This document shows positions 51,486 through 60,689 of a stretch of 64,000 bases of DNA, one piece after another. A model generated the notes under the pieces. It was not told where the DNA came from, did no database searches, and was given only the letters and a program-made list of their open reading frames with translations. The DNA lies in assembly GCA_963848135.1 (NCBI GenBank), contig CAWKCK010000005.1:620001-684000 (forward strand), in the 5' to 3' direction. Positions within the stretch are counted from its first letter, which is position 1; each line of letters begins with the position of its first letter. The position numbers and the translations under genes are program-made. This DNA comes from an uncultured delta proteobacterium (lineage in GTDB: Bacteria; Desulfobacterota; Desulfobacteria; Desulfobacterales; SG8-13).

Positions 51486-53579
51486 ATGGATCTACTGATT
51501 TATGCCTTGGGATTGGCGCTGATCCTCTCCTGCTTTCTCGACCTTAATGCCAAGGCGCCTGAACGGCTTTTCTCTTACGAGCTCGTTCGCGTTCTTTTTT
51601 TACTGCCTCTTCTGGCAAGTGTATACCTCTATGCTTTTTTTGATCTTCACCACCTATCGGCTGCGCCCCACTTCTTTTCAGAAAACCTTTTTTCACTGTT
51701 CTGGCTTTTGATGGCCTACAGGCTTCATCATGCCATTTTACCAGAAACATCCAGATGGAAGGCCTTTCACATTTCCTTTGTAATTGCAGGTACTGCCGTG
51801 GTCGGTGTGGGCATTTACTGGCTCTTCGCCCCCCCTGTGGTAGAATTTGTCAGCAATAATCTTTTGTTTCCAAATTACGGCCAATTGTATCTCTTTTCTT
51901 TGTTTATGCTTGTTGCGTCTTTTTTTATGGCCTGGCGGCTTGAGGTATTCTGGCGGGTTTTATCCAAATTGCAGCGTTGGCAGTACAAGTATCTTGTTAT
52001 CGGTTTTTTCATTGTTTGCGGCTGCCTGTTCTGGTGCGCTTCTTATCGGATTTTTTATCGACGCTTGGATGGCGATCATTTTCTGCTATTGGCCATATTA
52101 CTCATTATCGCTTGGCTTATGACCCTGTACGCCGTTATGCGCCATCGTCTGCTGAACCGCAAACTGTTCGTTTCCCGCAAGGTAATATACTCTGCGGCCG
52201 CCCCGATTACATTTGCAGCGTATCTCGGCCTTTTAGGGCTCACCACACTGATGATGCGCGTTTTCGGCTGGTCTCTTTCATATTTCTTCCAATGGCTGCT
52301 GATTATTATCGGGCTACTGTCGGTCGTCACCCTCACCTTTTCCGGAAAGGTGCGTAGCGCTGTTAAGTACTTCATCAGCACTCATTTTTATGTCAACAAA
52401 TATGAATACCGAGATGAATGGCTGGCGTTTTCCAACCTTCTTCAAGGAACCCTGACCGAACGCGGGGTGACCAATGCCCTGCGTAAAACATTGAGTGAAA
52501 GCCTCTACACTCGCCGGATCATGATTTGGCTTGGAGGTACGCAGGAAGGATTCCTTCCGATCAACGGTGATAAAGATTTTGGCGAATTATCCAAGGCCGT
52601 GATCTCATCCGATGATCCCCTGATTCTATATTTCCGGGAAGAACCGTATTTTTATTTAGAAATGCCTTCGAATTCACCGGCCTGGCAACACGTCAATTCT
52701 GAAAAAAAGGAGTTTTTCCTCAAAAGCGGATTGGTACTGGCAGTACCATTGACCATCGGTGGGCAATTTGTGGGGATGATCGGCCTGGGGCCTGAGTATA
52801 CGGGAGGTCGCTACGGACTCGACGATTTCGATCTGCTGGCGGCACTCGGCTCACAGGCGGCATCCGCCATCATTGCAGCGCGCACCGCTGAGCTACTGGC
52901 TCAGGCTCGTGAAACTTCTGCCTGGGATACCCTGTCCGCTTTTGTGCTGCATGACATCAAGAATGCCGCTACGATACTGAGGCTGGTCGAAGAAAACGCG
53001 CTGGCACATATTCACAAACCTGAGTTTCAGAAAGATATGTTAGCGTCGGTTGCTGACGCCTTGAGGAGAATGAATAAAGTGCAAGCGCGCTTGAATACCC
53101 TTAAAGGTGCAGCTACACTTTCAGTCGAGCCTTTGGAATTCGGCCAATTCGTGCGCGACTGTTGTAGTAAATTGTCCAGAAAAATTCCTGGCCTCACCAT
53201 CGATGTTCAGTGCCCAATAAACTTGACTGTAGAAACCGATCCTGAAATCATCACCCAAATCCTCGAAAATCTCGCACTCAATGCCCTTGAGGCCGGCAGT
53301 GACGGTACCCGGGTTGAGGTCAAAGTTTCGAATGTCGGCCCTCAAACGGTCCAACTGGAGATCGTCGACAACGGCCCTGGCATTCCTGTTGACTTGCTAC
53401 CCGATCGTTTATTTGATCCTTTTAGAACCACAAAACCGAACGGCAGTGGTATTGGGCTATGGCAGGTCAAGAGGTTGGTTGAAAGTCTTGGCGGCAACAT
53501 CGTGGCCGGTGACTTCGAACAAGGAGGGGCTAAATTCGTAGTTCAGCTACCAGCTGGTAGAGCTGAATATAATCCATGA
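51486..53579 (+). CDS. prsK: PEP-CTERM system histidine kinase PrsK
   Basis: Multi-TM N-terminus, HFYVNKYEYRDEWL, GAF, SAFVLHDIKN, PFRTTK, GIGL. Confidence 0.9.
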   Translation: MDLLIYALGLALILSCFLDLNAKAPERLFSYELVRVLFLLPLLASVYLYAFFDLHHLSAAPHFFSENLFSLFWLLMAYRLHHAILPETSRWKAFHISFVIAGTAVVGVGIYWLFAPPVVEFVSNNLLFPNYGQLYLFSLFMLVASFFMAWRLEVFWRVLSKLQRWQYKYLVIGFFIVCGCLFWCASYRIFYRRLDGDHFLLLAILLIIAWLMTLYAVMRHRLLNRKLFVSRKVIYSAAAPITFAAYLGLLGLTTLMMRVFGWSLSYFFQWLLIIIGLLSVVTLTFSGKVRSAVKYFISTHFYVNKYEYRDEWLAFSNLLQGTLTERGVTNALRKTLSESLYTRRIMIWLGGTQEGFLPINGDKDFGELSKAVISSDDPLILYFREEPYFYLEMPSNSPAWQHVNSEKKEFFLKSGLVLAVPLTIGGQFVGMIGLGPEYTGGRYGLDDFDLLAALGSQAASAIIAARTAELLAQARETSAWDTLSAFVLHDIKNAATILRLVEENALAHIHKPEFQKDMLASVADALRRMNKVQARLNTLKGAATLSVEPLEFGQFVRDCCSKLSRKIPGLTIDVQCPINLTVETDPEIITQILENLALNALEAGSDGTRVEVKVSNVGPQTVQLEIVDNGPGIPVDLLPDRLFDPFRTTKPNGSGIGLWQVKRLVESLGGNIVAGDFEQGGAKFVVQLPAGRAEYNP

Positions 53580-53860
53580 ACTCCGTCAATGCCGCAGGTA
53601 TGAAATTGTGAACCGCTCAAAGCGGTGATTCCAAATTTTGTTGGACCACCTTTAAGAAGTCATATATTATCAAAAAACTTTAAGCTTACCGAGACGCGCA
53701 TCATCTTTCTCCTGCTTCTTGATGTATTCGCGGATGCTTTTTGCAGTTCCCCATGGAGCCTCTTCTGGTTCGTGAATTTGAAAGGCTCGGTTCAAGGGTG
53801 CTTCACTGATTTCCGGAACTATCAAAAATTCAGGAGTCCCCAGGCAGCGCCGTGTTTTTA
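53575..53860 (-). mobile_element. Internally deleted IS200/IS605 (tnpA) remnant
   Basis: 53670-53735 (minus) encodes IREYIKKQEKDDARLGKLKVF*, like the TnpA YxxxQ C-terminus; end motifs ccgctcaaagcgg and degenerate hairpins. Confidence 0.65.
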
Positions 53861-53871
53861 ACTATTATTAA

Positions 53872-54468
53872 TTATTGACAAATAGTTCCGCCAAATTGTT
53901 CAGAGATGTTTGTCAATGAAACTCCATAGGTGTTCTCTATATATTGCGCTAAGTCTTTACCGTCAACATCACCATCGAGGTCAAAGTCACTTATGCATTC
54001 GTTATAGTAGAAGGCGAGATAATTTATTCTGAGTTCATAACTATATTCAGGAACAACAGTACAAAAGTTATCTGTGTTAACATAATAAATACCCGTATAA
54101 GATAAGGTCACTTGCTCTATATACGCATTATAACCAGGGCCACTATCATCATCGCCTCTTATCAGTTCAAGATTCCTGTTATAGAGCCTGAGAATGGGGT
54201 CTTTTTCGCAAGATACATCACCATCAATAGCATCCATATGTAGATCAATAATATCTCCGGCAGTTCCTATAAAAGCGAAATAATCTGAATTATTCCCCTG
54301 ATATCCAGCATTATTTAAACGAATATCACCATCGTTTACAAAAAAGAACTGTGCTTGTTGAAATGTATCATTCGGTTCTATTTCAAAATATACGGTTTCG
54401 GCGATTACAACATTACCAAAATGCAAGCTTGTTATTATCAATAAAATTATTGATACGATTTTTTTCAT
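53872..54468 (-). CDS. Secreted protein with a PPC-like domain and a C-terminal dockerin/EF-hand-like motif
   Basis: Signal peptide, EIEPNDT, DPILRLY...DDDSG, DFDLDGDVDGKDLA. Confidence 0.75.
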   Translation of the reverse strand: MKKIVSIILLIITSLHFGNVVIAETVYFEIEPNDTFQQAQFFFVNDGDIRLNNAGYQGNNSDYFAFIGTAGDIIDLHMDAIDGDVSCEKDPILRLYNRNLELIRGDDDSGPGYNAYIEQVTLSYTGIYYVNTDNFCTVVPEYSYELRINYLAFYYNECISDFDLDGDVDGKDLAQYIENTYGVSLTNISEQFGGTICQ

Positions 54469-54810
54469 GATAGCACCCTATGGCAAATTTCCCAGCAACC
54501 CCGGTGGCGACTCAGCTCAATACTGTAGTCGGATGGCACCAATCTCTCTTCTCATCCCACCATTTGGTTATTCAAAGGTTGAAAATTGATTAGCCCTAAA
54601 TTTACCTGCAAAAATCATACAATATTATGAAAAGCCTAATATGACAATAATAACAAATGATTAAAATAATGAAAGACAGTTTAATGATAACTTATTACGA
54701 AATCACTTGCCCAATTTTATGAATTTCAATTCTCAACGGAACCTGTTTGAAGCAGGATTCAATAGAGTGAACTTCGAACGAAGTCGGCGGTGAATATAAT
54801 TTTTGAAATA

Positions 54811-54965
54811 AGTAAAATTTTCCGACACCTCTTTTAGGCTCAATTTTTCAGAGAAACACAATTTTAGTGTAAAATATAAATTTTAATAAGATTCCGGCAT
54901 CTTAAAGGACGCTAAATATGGATAAAGTCAATAGTAACAAATAACGACTGTCGAAATATTTTACG
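54811..54965. promoter_or_regulatory. Two 17-bp imperfect palindromes, candidate PrsR enhancer sites
   Basis: AGTAAAATTTTCCGACA (54811-27) and TGTCGAAATATTTTACG (54949-65), upstream of a sigma54 promoter. Confidence 0.6.
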
Positions 54966-55027
54966 CTTTTTTTGAATACAGGATAGCGTAATGACAAATT
55001 TATAAATATTATAGTTATTTGTATGCA

Positions 55028-55043
55028 TGGCATATATATTGCT
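55028..55043 (+). promoter_or_regulatory. Sigma54 promoter of the PEP-CTERM gene
   Basis: TGGCATATATATTGCT (GG-N10-GC). Confidence 0.75.
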
Positions 55044-55101
55044 CATATAAATGTCGGGTGAAATTATTGTTCAATTTCATAAATATATAAATAGGAAAAA
55101 C

Positions 55102-55671
55102 ATGAAAAAATTTTCCATTTTAATTTGCACTTTAATGTTGGTTTTAGGCCTTCTGGAAAATGCAAATGCACTTTCTTACACAAATGTAACTCCGTTATGG
55201 AAAATACTAAGCGGAACGGGCTCATACTCGTGGACCCATGAAACACCATCTGATTTTGAAGTACCATTTGATATTGTTAACAGCGCATCATTAGAAGTTT
55301 TTGCCAACTTTGTTGATGGTAATGATGATAAAATAACAATTATGGGAGCATTTGAGGCTACACTCTCGAATGCTCGGTTAGTATGGACAGGCGGCTGGAA
55401 TTTCGATTATGTTGGAACAATGATTGATATACCACCGGCTTATTTCAATCCATGGACAACCGGTAAATTATTAGATGTTAAATTAGATTATATAGAGTCC
55501 AATTGGTGCAAATCTTTGCTTCTCGAGAAATCTATTTTTAAATTAGATTATGATAATGGAATCGATCCAACTGTCACCTCAGTTCCCGAGCCAAAATCAA
55601 TGCTGATGTTGGGTTCTGTTCTTCTGGGCCTGGTCTCCATCAGCCGAAAACGATTCATTAATAGAAACTAA
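55102..55671 (+). CDS. PEP-CTERM sorting domain protein
   Basis: Signal peptide MKKFSIL...; C-terminal VPEP + TM helix + RKR. Confidence 0.93.
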   Translation: MKKFSILICTLMLVLGLLENANALSYTNVTPLWKILSGTGSYSWTHETPSDFEVPFDIVNSASLEVFANFVDGNDDKITIMGAFEATLSNARLVWTGGWNFDYVGTMIDIPPAYFNPWTTGKLLDVKLDYIESNWCKSLLLEKSIFKLDYDNGIDPTVTSVPEPKSMLMLGSVLLGLVSISRKRFINRN

Positions 55672-55699
55672 TTTTCAACTCGAATTTTCATTTTGTACA

Positions 55700-55741
55700 A
55701 AAAAATCCCCCGGGTTTTTCCCTTTCCCGGGGGATTTTTTA
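55700..55741 (+). terminator. Intrinsic terminator
   Basis: aaaaaatcccccggg...cccgggggatttttt. Confidence 0.8.
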
Positions 55742-55976
55742 GTTGCAGAATTCAATGACCTCCGGCAAAACCAGGGGAATGTCGTGTGAAGCGCTCAAAG
55801 CGGTCTTCAATAACCATTCTATAGAGCAACCAACCGGTCATAGAATGTTGTTTCTAAAGGCAGATATCTTTTTCATTGTCGACCTCTCACCGACAATGAA
55901 AAAGAGTAAAATTATTTGCGCTCTCTGCGGCTCGAGCAAAGCGGGCGGTGAAAAAGAAAATATAAGCCCTCAGCCG

Positions 55977-57341
55977 TCAAACCTCTATCCCATGTTTTCT
56001 TATCAGATCGTGCAAAGTCGGGCGGCTGGTTTCGAGCAGCTTTGCTGCTTGCGTGATATTGTTTCCGGTGAGCAGCAAGGCCCGCTGCACACACTTCAGC
56101 TCACCCTGCTCACGTGCAGTTTGCAGCGTTAAAAGCTTTTCGTCGGCCGGTTCTGGTTGACATGCTTTTAACCCAAGGTCGACCGGCGATATTATCAATC
56201 CACTGGAAATTGCCAAGGCCCTGCGGATGCGGTTATGAAGCTCACGAACGTTGCCGGGCCAGTCATGGGAAGTCAGCGCTGCAATAGCACCGGGTGAAAA
56301 CGATACCCGCCCAACCTTAAGTAATTTGGCTTCTTTGCGAAGAAAGTGCTGGGCCAGAACCATGATATCTTCAGGCCGCTCTTTCAAACTTGGCAATCCT
56401 ATTGGTACGACATTCAATCGGAAATATAGGTCCTCTCTGAAATTTCCATCGACAACGGCTTGGCTGAGGTCAGTGTTCGTCGCAGCAATGATCCGGATAT
56501 CGAGGGAAAGAGTAAGATTCCCACCGACCCGCTCGACGGTTCCTTCTTCCAAGAACCGCAGAATTTTCACCTGCATCGCCAAAGGAAGTTCGCCAATCTC
56601 ATCCAGGAATACCGTCCCTTTGTTCCCCTGCTCCAATTTCCCGGGTTTTCTAACCACGGCACCGGTGAAGGCCCCCCTTTCATGCCCGAACAATTCGCTT
56701 TCAAGTAGACTCTCCGGAATCGCTCCGCAATTGACGATGACCAATGGGTTGTTGCGACGGGGGCTCAATTCGTGGATGGCGTGGGCAACCATTTCCTTTC
56801 CGGTACCGGACTCTCCGGAGATGAGAACCGGATAGTCATTGGCACTCATTTTTCGTATCACCGAGAAAAGATTCTGCATGACCGGGGCGACACCAATCAT
56901 GCCGCACAGCGAGTCGCATTGATCGGAATGTAATCGAAACTGGCGATTGGCCTCTTGAAGGGCATGTAACTTGAACGTTCGATCGAGTATGACTTGCAAC
57001 GTTTTAAGGTCGATCGGTTTCGGGCAGAAATCGACCGCACCGGAAGCCACGGCTTTGACAGCCGTGTCTTGTTCCGAATTGCCGGTAATCACAATGATCT
57101 TGGTGCGCGGGGAAAGCGTGGTAATGTCTTCGAGCAGTTTCAGGCCGACCTGAGGGGTATCCGGTGATGGCGGGAGACCGAGGTCGAGGGTTGCCACTGG
57201 AAAGGCCCCGCAGGCCAATAAGTGTTTTGACCTTTCGGCATCGATCGCAATTGTAATGTCATAATGATCCCCCAACGACCATTTGAGCTGTTTGGCCACC
57301 GAGGCTTCATCTTCAATTATGAGCAACCGTTCTTTGGGCAT
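55977..57341 (-). CDS. prsR: PEP-CTERM system sigma54-dependent response regulator PrsR
   Basis: REC domain TLDLGLPP, GESGTGKE, GAFTGA, WPGNVREL, Fis HTH. Confidence 0.92.
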   Translation of the reverse strand: MPKERLLIIEDEASVAKQLKWSLGDHYDITIAIDAERSKHLLACGAFPVATLDLGLPPSPDTPQVGLKLLEDITTLSPRTKIIVITGNSEQDTAVKAVASGAVDFCPKPIDLKTLQVILDRTFKLHALQEANRQFRLHSDQCDSLCGMIGVAPVMQNLFSVIRKMSANDYPVLISGESGTGKEMVAHAIHELSPRRNNPLVIVNCGAIPESLLESELFGHERGAFTGAVVRKPGKLEQGNKGTVFLDEIGELPLAMQVKILRFLEEGTVERVGGNLTLSLDIRIIAATNTDLSQAVVDGNFREDLYFRLNVVPIGLPSLKERPEDIMVLAQHFLRKEAKLLKVGRVSFSPGAIAALTSHDWPGNVRELHNRIRRALAISSGLIISPVDLGLKACQPEPADEKLLTLQTAREQGELKCVQRALLLTGNNITQAAKLLETSRPTLHDLIRKHGIEV

Positions 57342-57363
57342 AGTGAGATCCAAAAACGATATT

Positions 57364-57533
57364 AGGGTTCAAGGATTCGAGGGGTCAGGGTTTTGAAAAA
57401 AACTAAACCGATATAAGTAAACCAGGTTTTTCGCCGTATGCTACTTTCGGCATGATTCAAATTCACCATGCTCCCTCAGGTGGCTCAGGGCATTTCTACT
57501 TGCACCCTCGAACCTTTGACCCTTTGTATCCTT
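57364..57533. repeat. Inverted arrays of degenerate 8-nt tandem repeats
   Basis: agggttca-aggattcg-aggggtca-gggttttg mirrored by cttgcacc-ctcgaacc-tttgaccc-tttgtatc. Confidence 0.6.
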
Positions 57534-57904
57534 ATATAACGGAGAATACCGTCGATCCTAAAAATATTCTTATAGCACAGCCCCTTTATGGTTTTTCTGC
57601 CGCAATATAAAAAACAAATCTTAGATGCGGTTTAGGTTACTAGATCATTCCTCGAGTGCGAGGCGAGAGCTGATAAGCCCATTCCGGTGTCCAATTCATA
57701 AATGAGAATTTTCCTCGCTGGGCAAGACCGCACAAAAGTTTTCGACGAGGCCTACCATGCGTACGCCGCGTACGCCACTATCGAGAAACCTGCTCAAGCT
57801 CAAATACCTCGTGGTCAACGAAAATCTTATATCTCAGTTCCCTTCTCGGTTTATCGCTAAATTTTAAAAAATACATTTTAGATGATTATGTGATCCGCAT
57901 TTAA

Positions 57905-58166
57905 CCCGGATATTCCACCAACTGGAGGCTTCCATGGCCAAGGCATTTCGAAGCGAAGCTGTAGTCCGACTACCGCGAGTTTCGAATAACACAGGTAATG
58001 GACGCCTCCGTTTGGCCTGAAAGGTGAAATTTTATCAAATCTTTCTTTTACAGACCTGAAAAGGGTTACGCACATTAAACCCCTGCTGAATAATTCACAA
58101 AGTTTGTTCTACAAATACATTCATCTTTTGGAACAGCCTTTGATAAAATTTCATGAAATATTCGGG
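57905..58166. mobile_element. MITE copy C abutting the sugar transferase stop codon
   Basis: cccggatattcca...tgaaatattcggg; flanks ttaa/ttag. Confidence 0.75.
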
Positions 58167-59834
58167 TTAGTAGGCTCCTTTTTGCTTGAGAACAACCCCC
58201 GCCGTCTCCAGCAAAACCTGGAAATCCAGCAGAACACTGCGGTTGTATATATAATAAAGATCCAGCAAGATCATGTCCTCGAAAGCCACCTCACTGCGCC
58301 CTGTTACCTGCCAGACCCCCGTGATTCCAGGCCTTACGGCCACACGTTTTTTGTACCATTCTTCATACTGCTCGAATTCGTATGGCAGGCACGGTCGGGG
58401 TCCTACCAAGCTCATCTCTCCCTTGAGAACGTTGATTAGCTGAGGCAGTTCGTCCAAACTGTACCGCCGTAAAAACCGCCCCACAGTTGTGATTCGGGGG
58501 TCATCTGTAATTTTAAGCGTCTGCCCGTCAGCCCCCTTTTGCCCGATTTCGCCTTTGATCAGTTTGGTCACATAGTCCTTGTGAATTTCACAGCTACTGT
58601 CGACACACATCGAGCGGAATTTGTACATTGTGAAGACATGGCCGTGCCTTCCGATGGAATCGGGTTTAAAAAATACCGGCCCCTCGCTGGTCAGCTTAAT
58701 GGCCAAGGCGATGATCAAGAAAACGGGTAAAAGAAGGATGGCCAGCGGCAAGGTAATCAGTGCATCCAGGCTGTGCTTTATGGGATTATACAACCAACTA
58801 TACCTTTGGGTGCACAACCGTATCATGGGCAACCCACATAAATAATCGGTTTGAACTTTGACATTGATTATAGGCAACAATTTAGGCGGAAACCAAACAT
58901 TCAAACGCTGCTCGATGCAATAATCCAATATTCGAAGAAGCAATTCTTTTTCGATGTTTTCATCTGTAATAACAATATCATTGATGACGTTAGAGGCTAA
59001 GATTTGAGGTAATTCGTTGATGTCGCCAAGACAGATTTTGGATACAGCACATTCAACACTGTCGTCAGCCTCTGAAGTGATGAATCCTTTTACATAAAGA
59101 GGCGCATCGTTTTCAATAATATAATTTGTTATCCGTTTCGCCTCCATGTCAGAGCCAATGACAACCATTTCCCAACGGAAAATCTTCCGCATCCACCCTT
59201 TGAATACTATGTGTACCAACAGGTAGCGCCCACCCAATATCAGGCCGGCTGAAATCATATAGAAAATAAGCAAGAGGTAACTGTTTGATTTGAGCAACGA
59301 TACGCTGTTAGGAACGAACAGTCCGATCACTCCGATAATTAAAAGACATATGGCAAAAGAATAGGCTATTTTCGTTAGAAATGTGAAGCTTGGATTTAAG
59401 AAAAACAGGCAAAATACAAGAATAACGGTCAACAGGGGAACAAAAATTTTGTCACTGTAAAGATTATCCCAATTGAGCAAGAGCAAAAAAATACCGAAAC
59501 TAATCAAAACCCAGATCAATGACTTTTTTATTCTATCAAAATGATTTTTCCAAATAAAATTGGCGCCGTAGCTATAAAGGTTGAACACCGATAGCATAAA
59601 AATGAAGACTGATGCACCCATTACCAATGTCAAAAATAGAATGCCTGGGTGCTGGTACTGAGAACTCGAACCGGCGATGAGGAGTGTCAATGCAAAAGAT
59701 ATCAACAATACGGTAAGGTCATGGAATAGCAAAACCGGTTTATACGAGGAAAAGATACTACGAAACAGACCTGACCTAGCACCCTCAATAATCGGCAGCG
59801 TCATGGGTTCCCCTTTAGGTCTCTCTTCGTGCAT
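58167..59834 (-). CDS. Exopolysaccharide priming polyprenyl glycosylphosphotransferase (sugar transferase)
   Basis: Multi-TM N-terminus; YKFRSM, DDPRIT, SLDELPQL, SLVGPRP, PGITG.WQ. Confidence 0.93.
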   Translation of the reverse strand: MHEERPKGEPMTLPIIEGARSGLFRSIFSSYKPVLLFHDLTVLLISFALTLLIAGSSSQYQHPGILFLTLVMGASVFIFMLSVFNLYSYGANFIWKNHFDRIKKSLIWVLISFGIFLLLLNWDNLYSDKIFVPLLTVILVFCLFFLNPSFTFLTKIAYSFAICLLIIGVIGLFVPNSVSLLKSNSYLLLIFYMISAGLILGGRYLLVHIVFKGWMRKIFRWEMVVIGSDMEAKRITNYIIENDAPLYVKGFITSEADDSVECAVSKICLGDINELPQILASNVINDIVITDENIEKELLLRILDYCIEQRLNVWFPPKLLPIINVKVQTDYLCGLPMIRLCTQRYSWLYNPIKHSLDALITLPLAILLLPVFLIIALAIKLTSEGPVFFKPDSIGRHGHVFTMYKFRSMCVDSSCEIHKDYVTKLIKGEIGQKGADGQTLKITDDPRITTVGRFLRRYSLDELPQLINVLKGEMSLVGPRPCLPYEFEQYEEWYKKRVAVRPGITGVWQVTGRSEVAFEDMILLDLYYIYNRSVLLDFQVLLETAGVVLKQKGAY

Positions 59835-60160
59835 GTGGTCCGCTTCTTAATTTATTAGAGATGTTGCAACCCTGTGAACCGATACACCTTTGGTATATCT
59901 ATTTTGCTTAATCGGTATCAATTCAATTGTAAACATTTCAATTTGTTATTTGATAAACGTGTATCATGCAACAGGTTTGGATAAGCAAGAAGCATGCAAA
60001 TTAAATATTTTTATTTTATATAAAAAATTCTATTACTTATATTTTGAAATTGTTTTCCTTGGTCTATATTAGGGAACCCATCTTCACAATATTGTGAAAA
60101 TTGTTATCCAAAAAAACCCGTGCTCTTCGAAAAAATTCCATGGCTCCAGCAAAGCCTTAG

Positions 60161-60272
60161 CCCGCTTATTTCATCAATGGGAGGGGGGAGGCGTCTATGG
60201 CCAATCGCACACCCGCAATCAAATAATCAGAAGTATGATCCCGCAAAGCGAGAGGCATTTCGAGGTGATGCA
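60161..60272 (+). repeat. Partial MITE copy D (left end only)
   Basis: ttag|cccgcttatttcatcaa...tatggccaa...ggcatttcgaggtgatgc. Confidence 0.6.
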
Positions 60273-60509
60273 GACAAACGCTTTTTACCCGGGCGACTTG
60301 CCCGGGCAAAAGATGCATGCCTTTCAGGCAGAAAAGCAGATGGCCTCGCGCAACGATTGCTTGTTTTGCCTCCGCAGGTCGCGGAGGCAAAAGTCTGTTT
60401 CTATCAGCGCCTGTCGGGCGAGCGGAGTGAGCGGGCGGCCAATTTAAAAACGATAGGATCCATGCATGAGCTTCGCATCAATTTACACCAACTAAATCGG
60501 AGAAGGACC
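60273..60509 (+). repeat. Left copy of a ~240-bp inverted repeat flanking the TPR gene
   Basis: Reverse-complement match to 63017-63254; internal hairpins cccgggcgacttgcccggg and ttttgcctccgc...gcggaggcaaaa. Confidence 0.85.
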
Positions 60510-60616
60510 AAAAACACTTTTCTGCCATCTGTGTGCGCTCAAGCGACCAGCACAATACCAACTCGGCTATTCAACGCGTGAAACGGTTGCGAATTTTTGT
60601 TATAATAGGGCCTTAG

Positions 60617-60668
60617 CCCGGAATTTTCATCAATTGAAGGATATTATGACCAATCGCACACCTTCAAT
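60617..60668 (+). repeat. Partial MITE copy E (left end) directly before the TPR gene RBS
   Basis: ttag|cccggaattttcatcaattg...atgaccaatcgcacac, matching copy D. Confidence 0.6.
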
Positions 60669-60689
60669 AAATTTTCTAATGGAGATACG

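Noticed and set aside
54608..54623. Sigma54-like sites upstream of the PPC gene and (at ~59985-59999) the sugar transferase
   Set aside because: They have TG instead of the invariant GG at -24
60094..60581. Short ORFs of 74-153 aa
   Set aside because: They lie within palindromic repeat elements and are probably spurious
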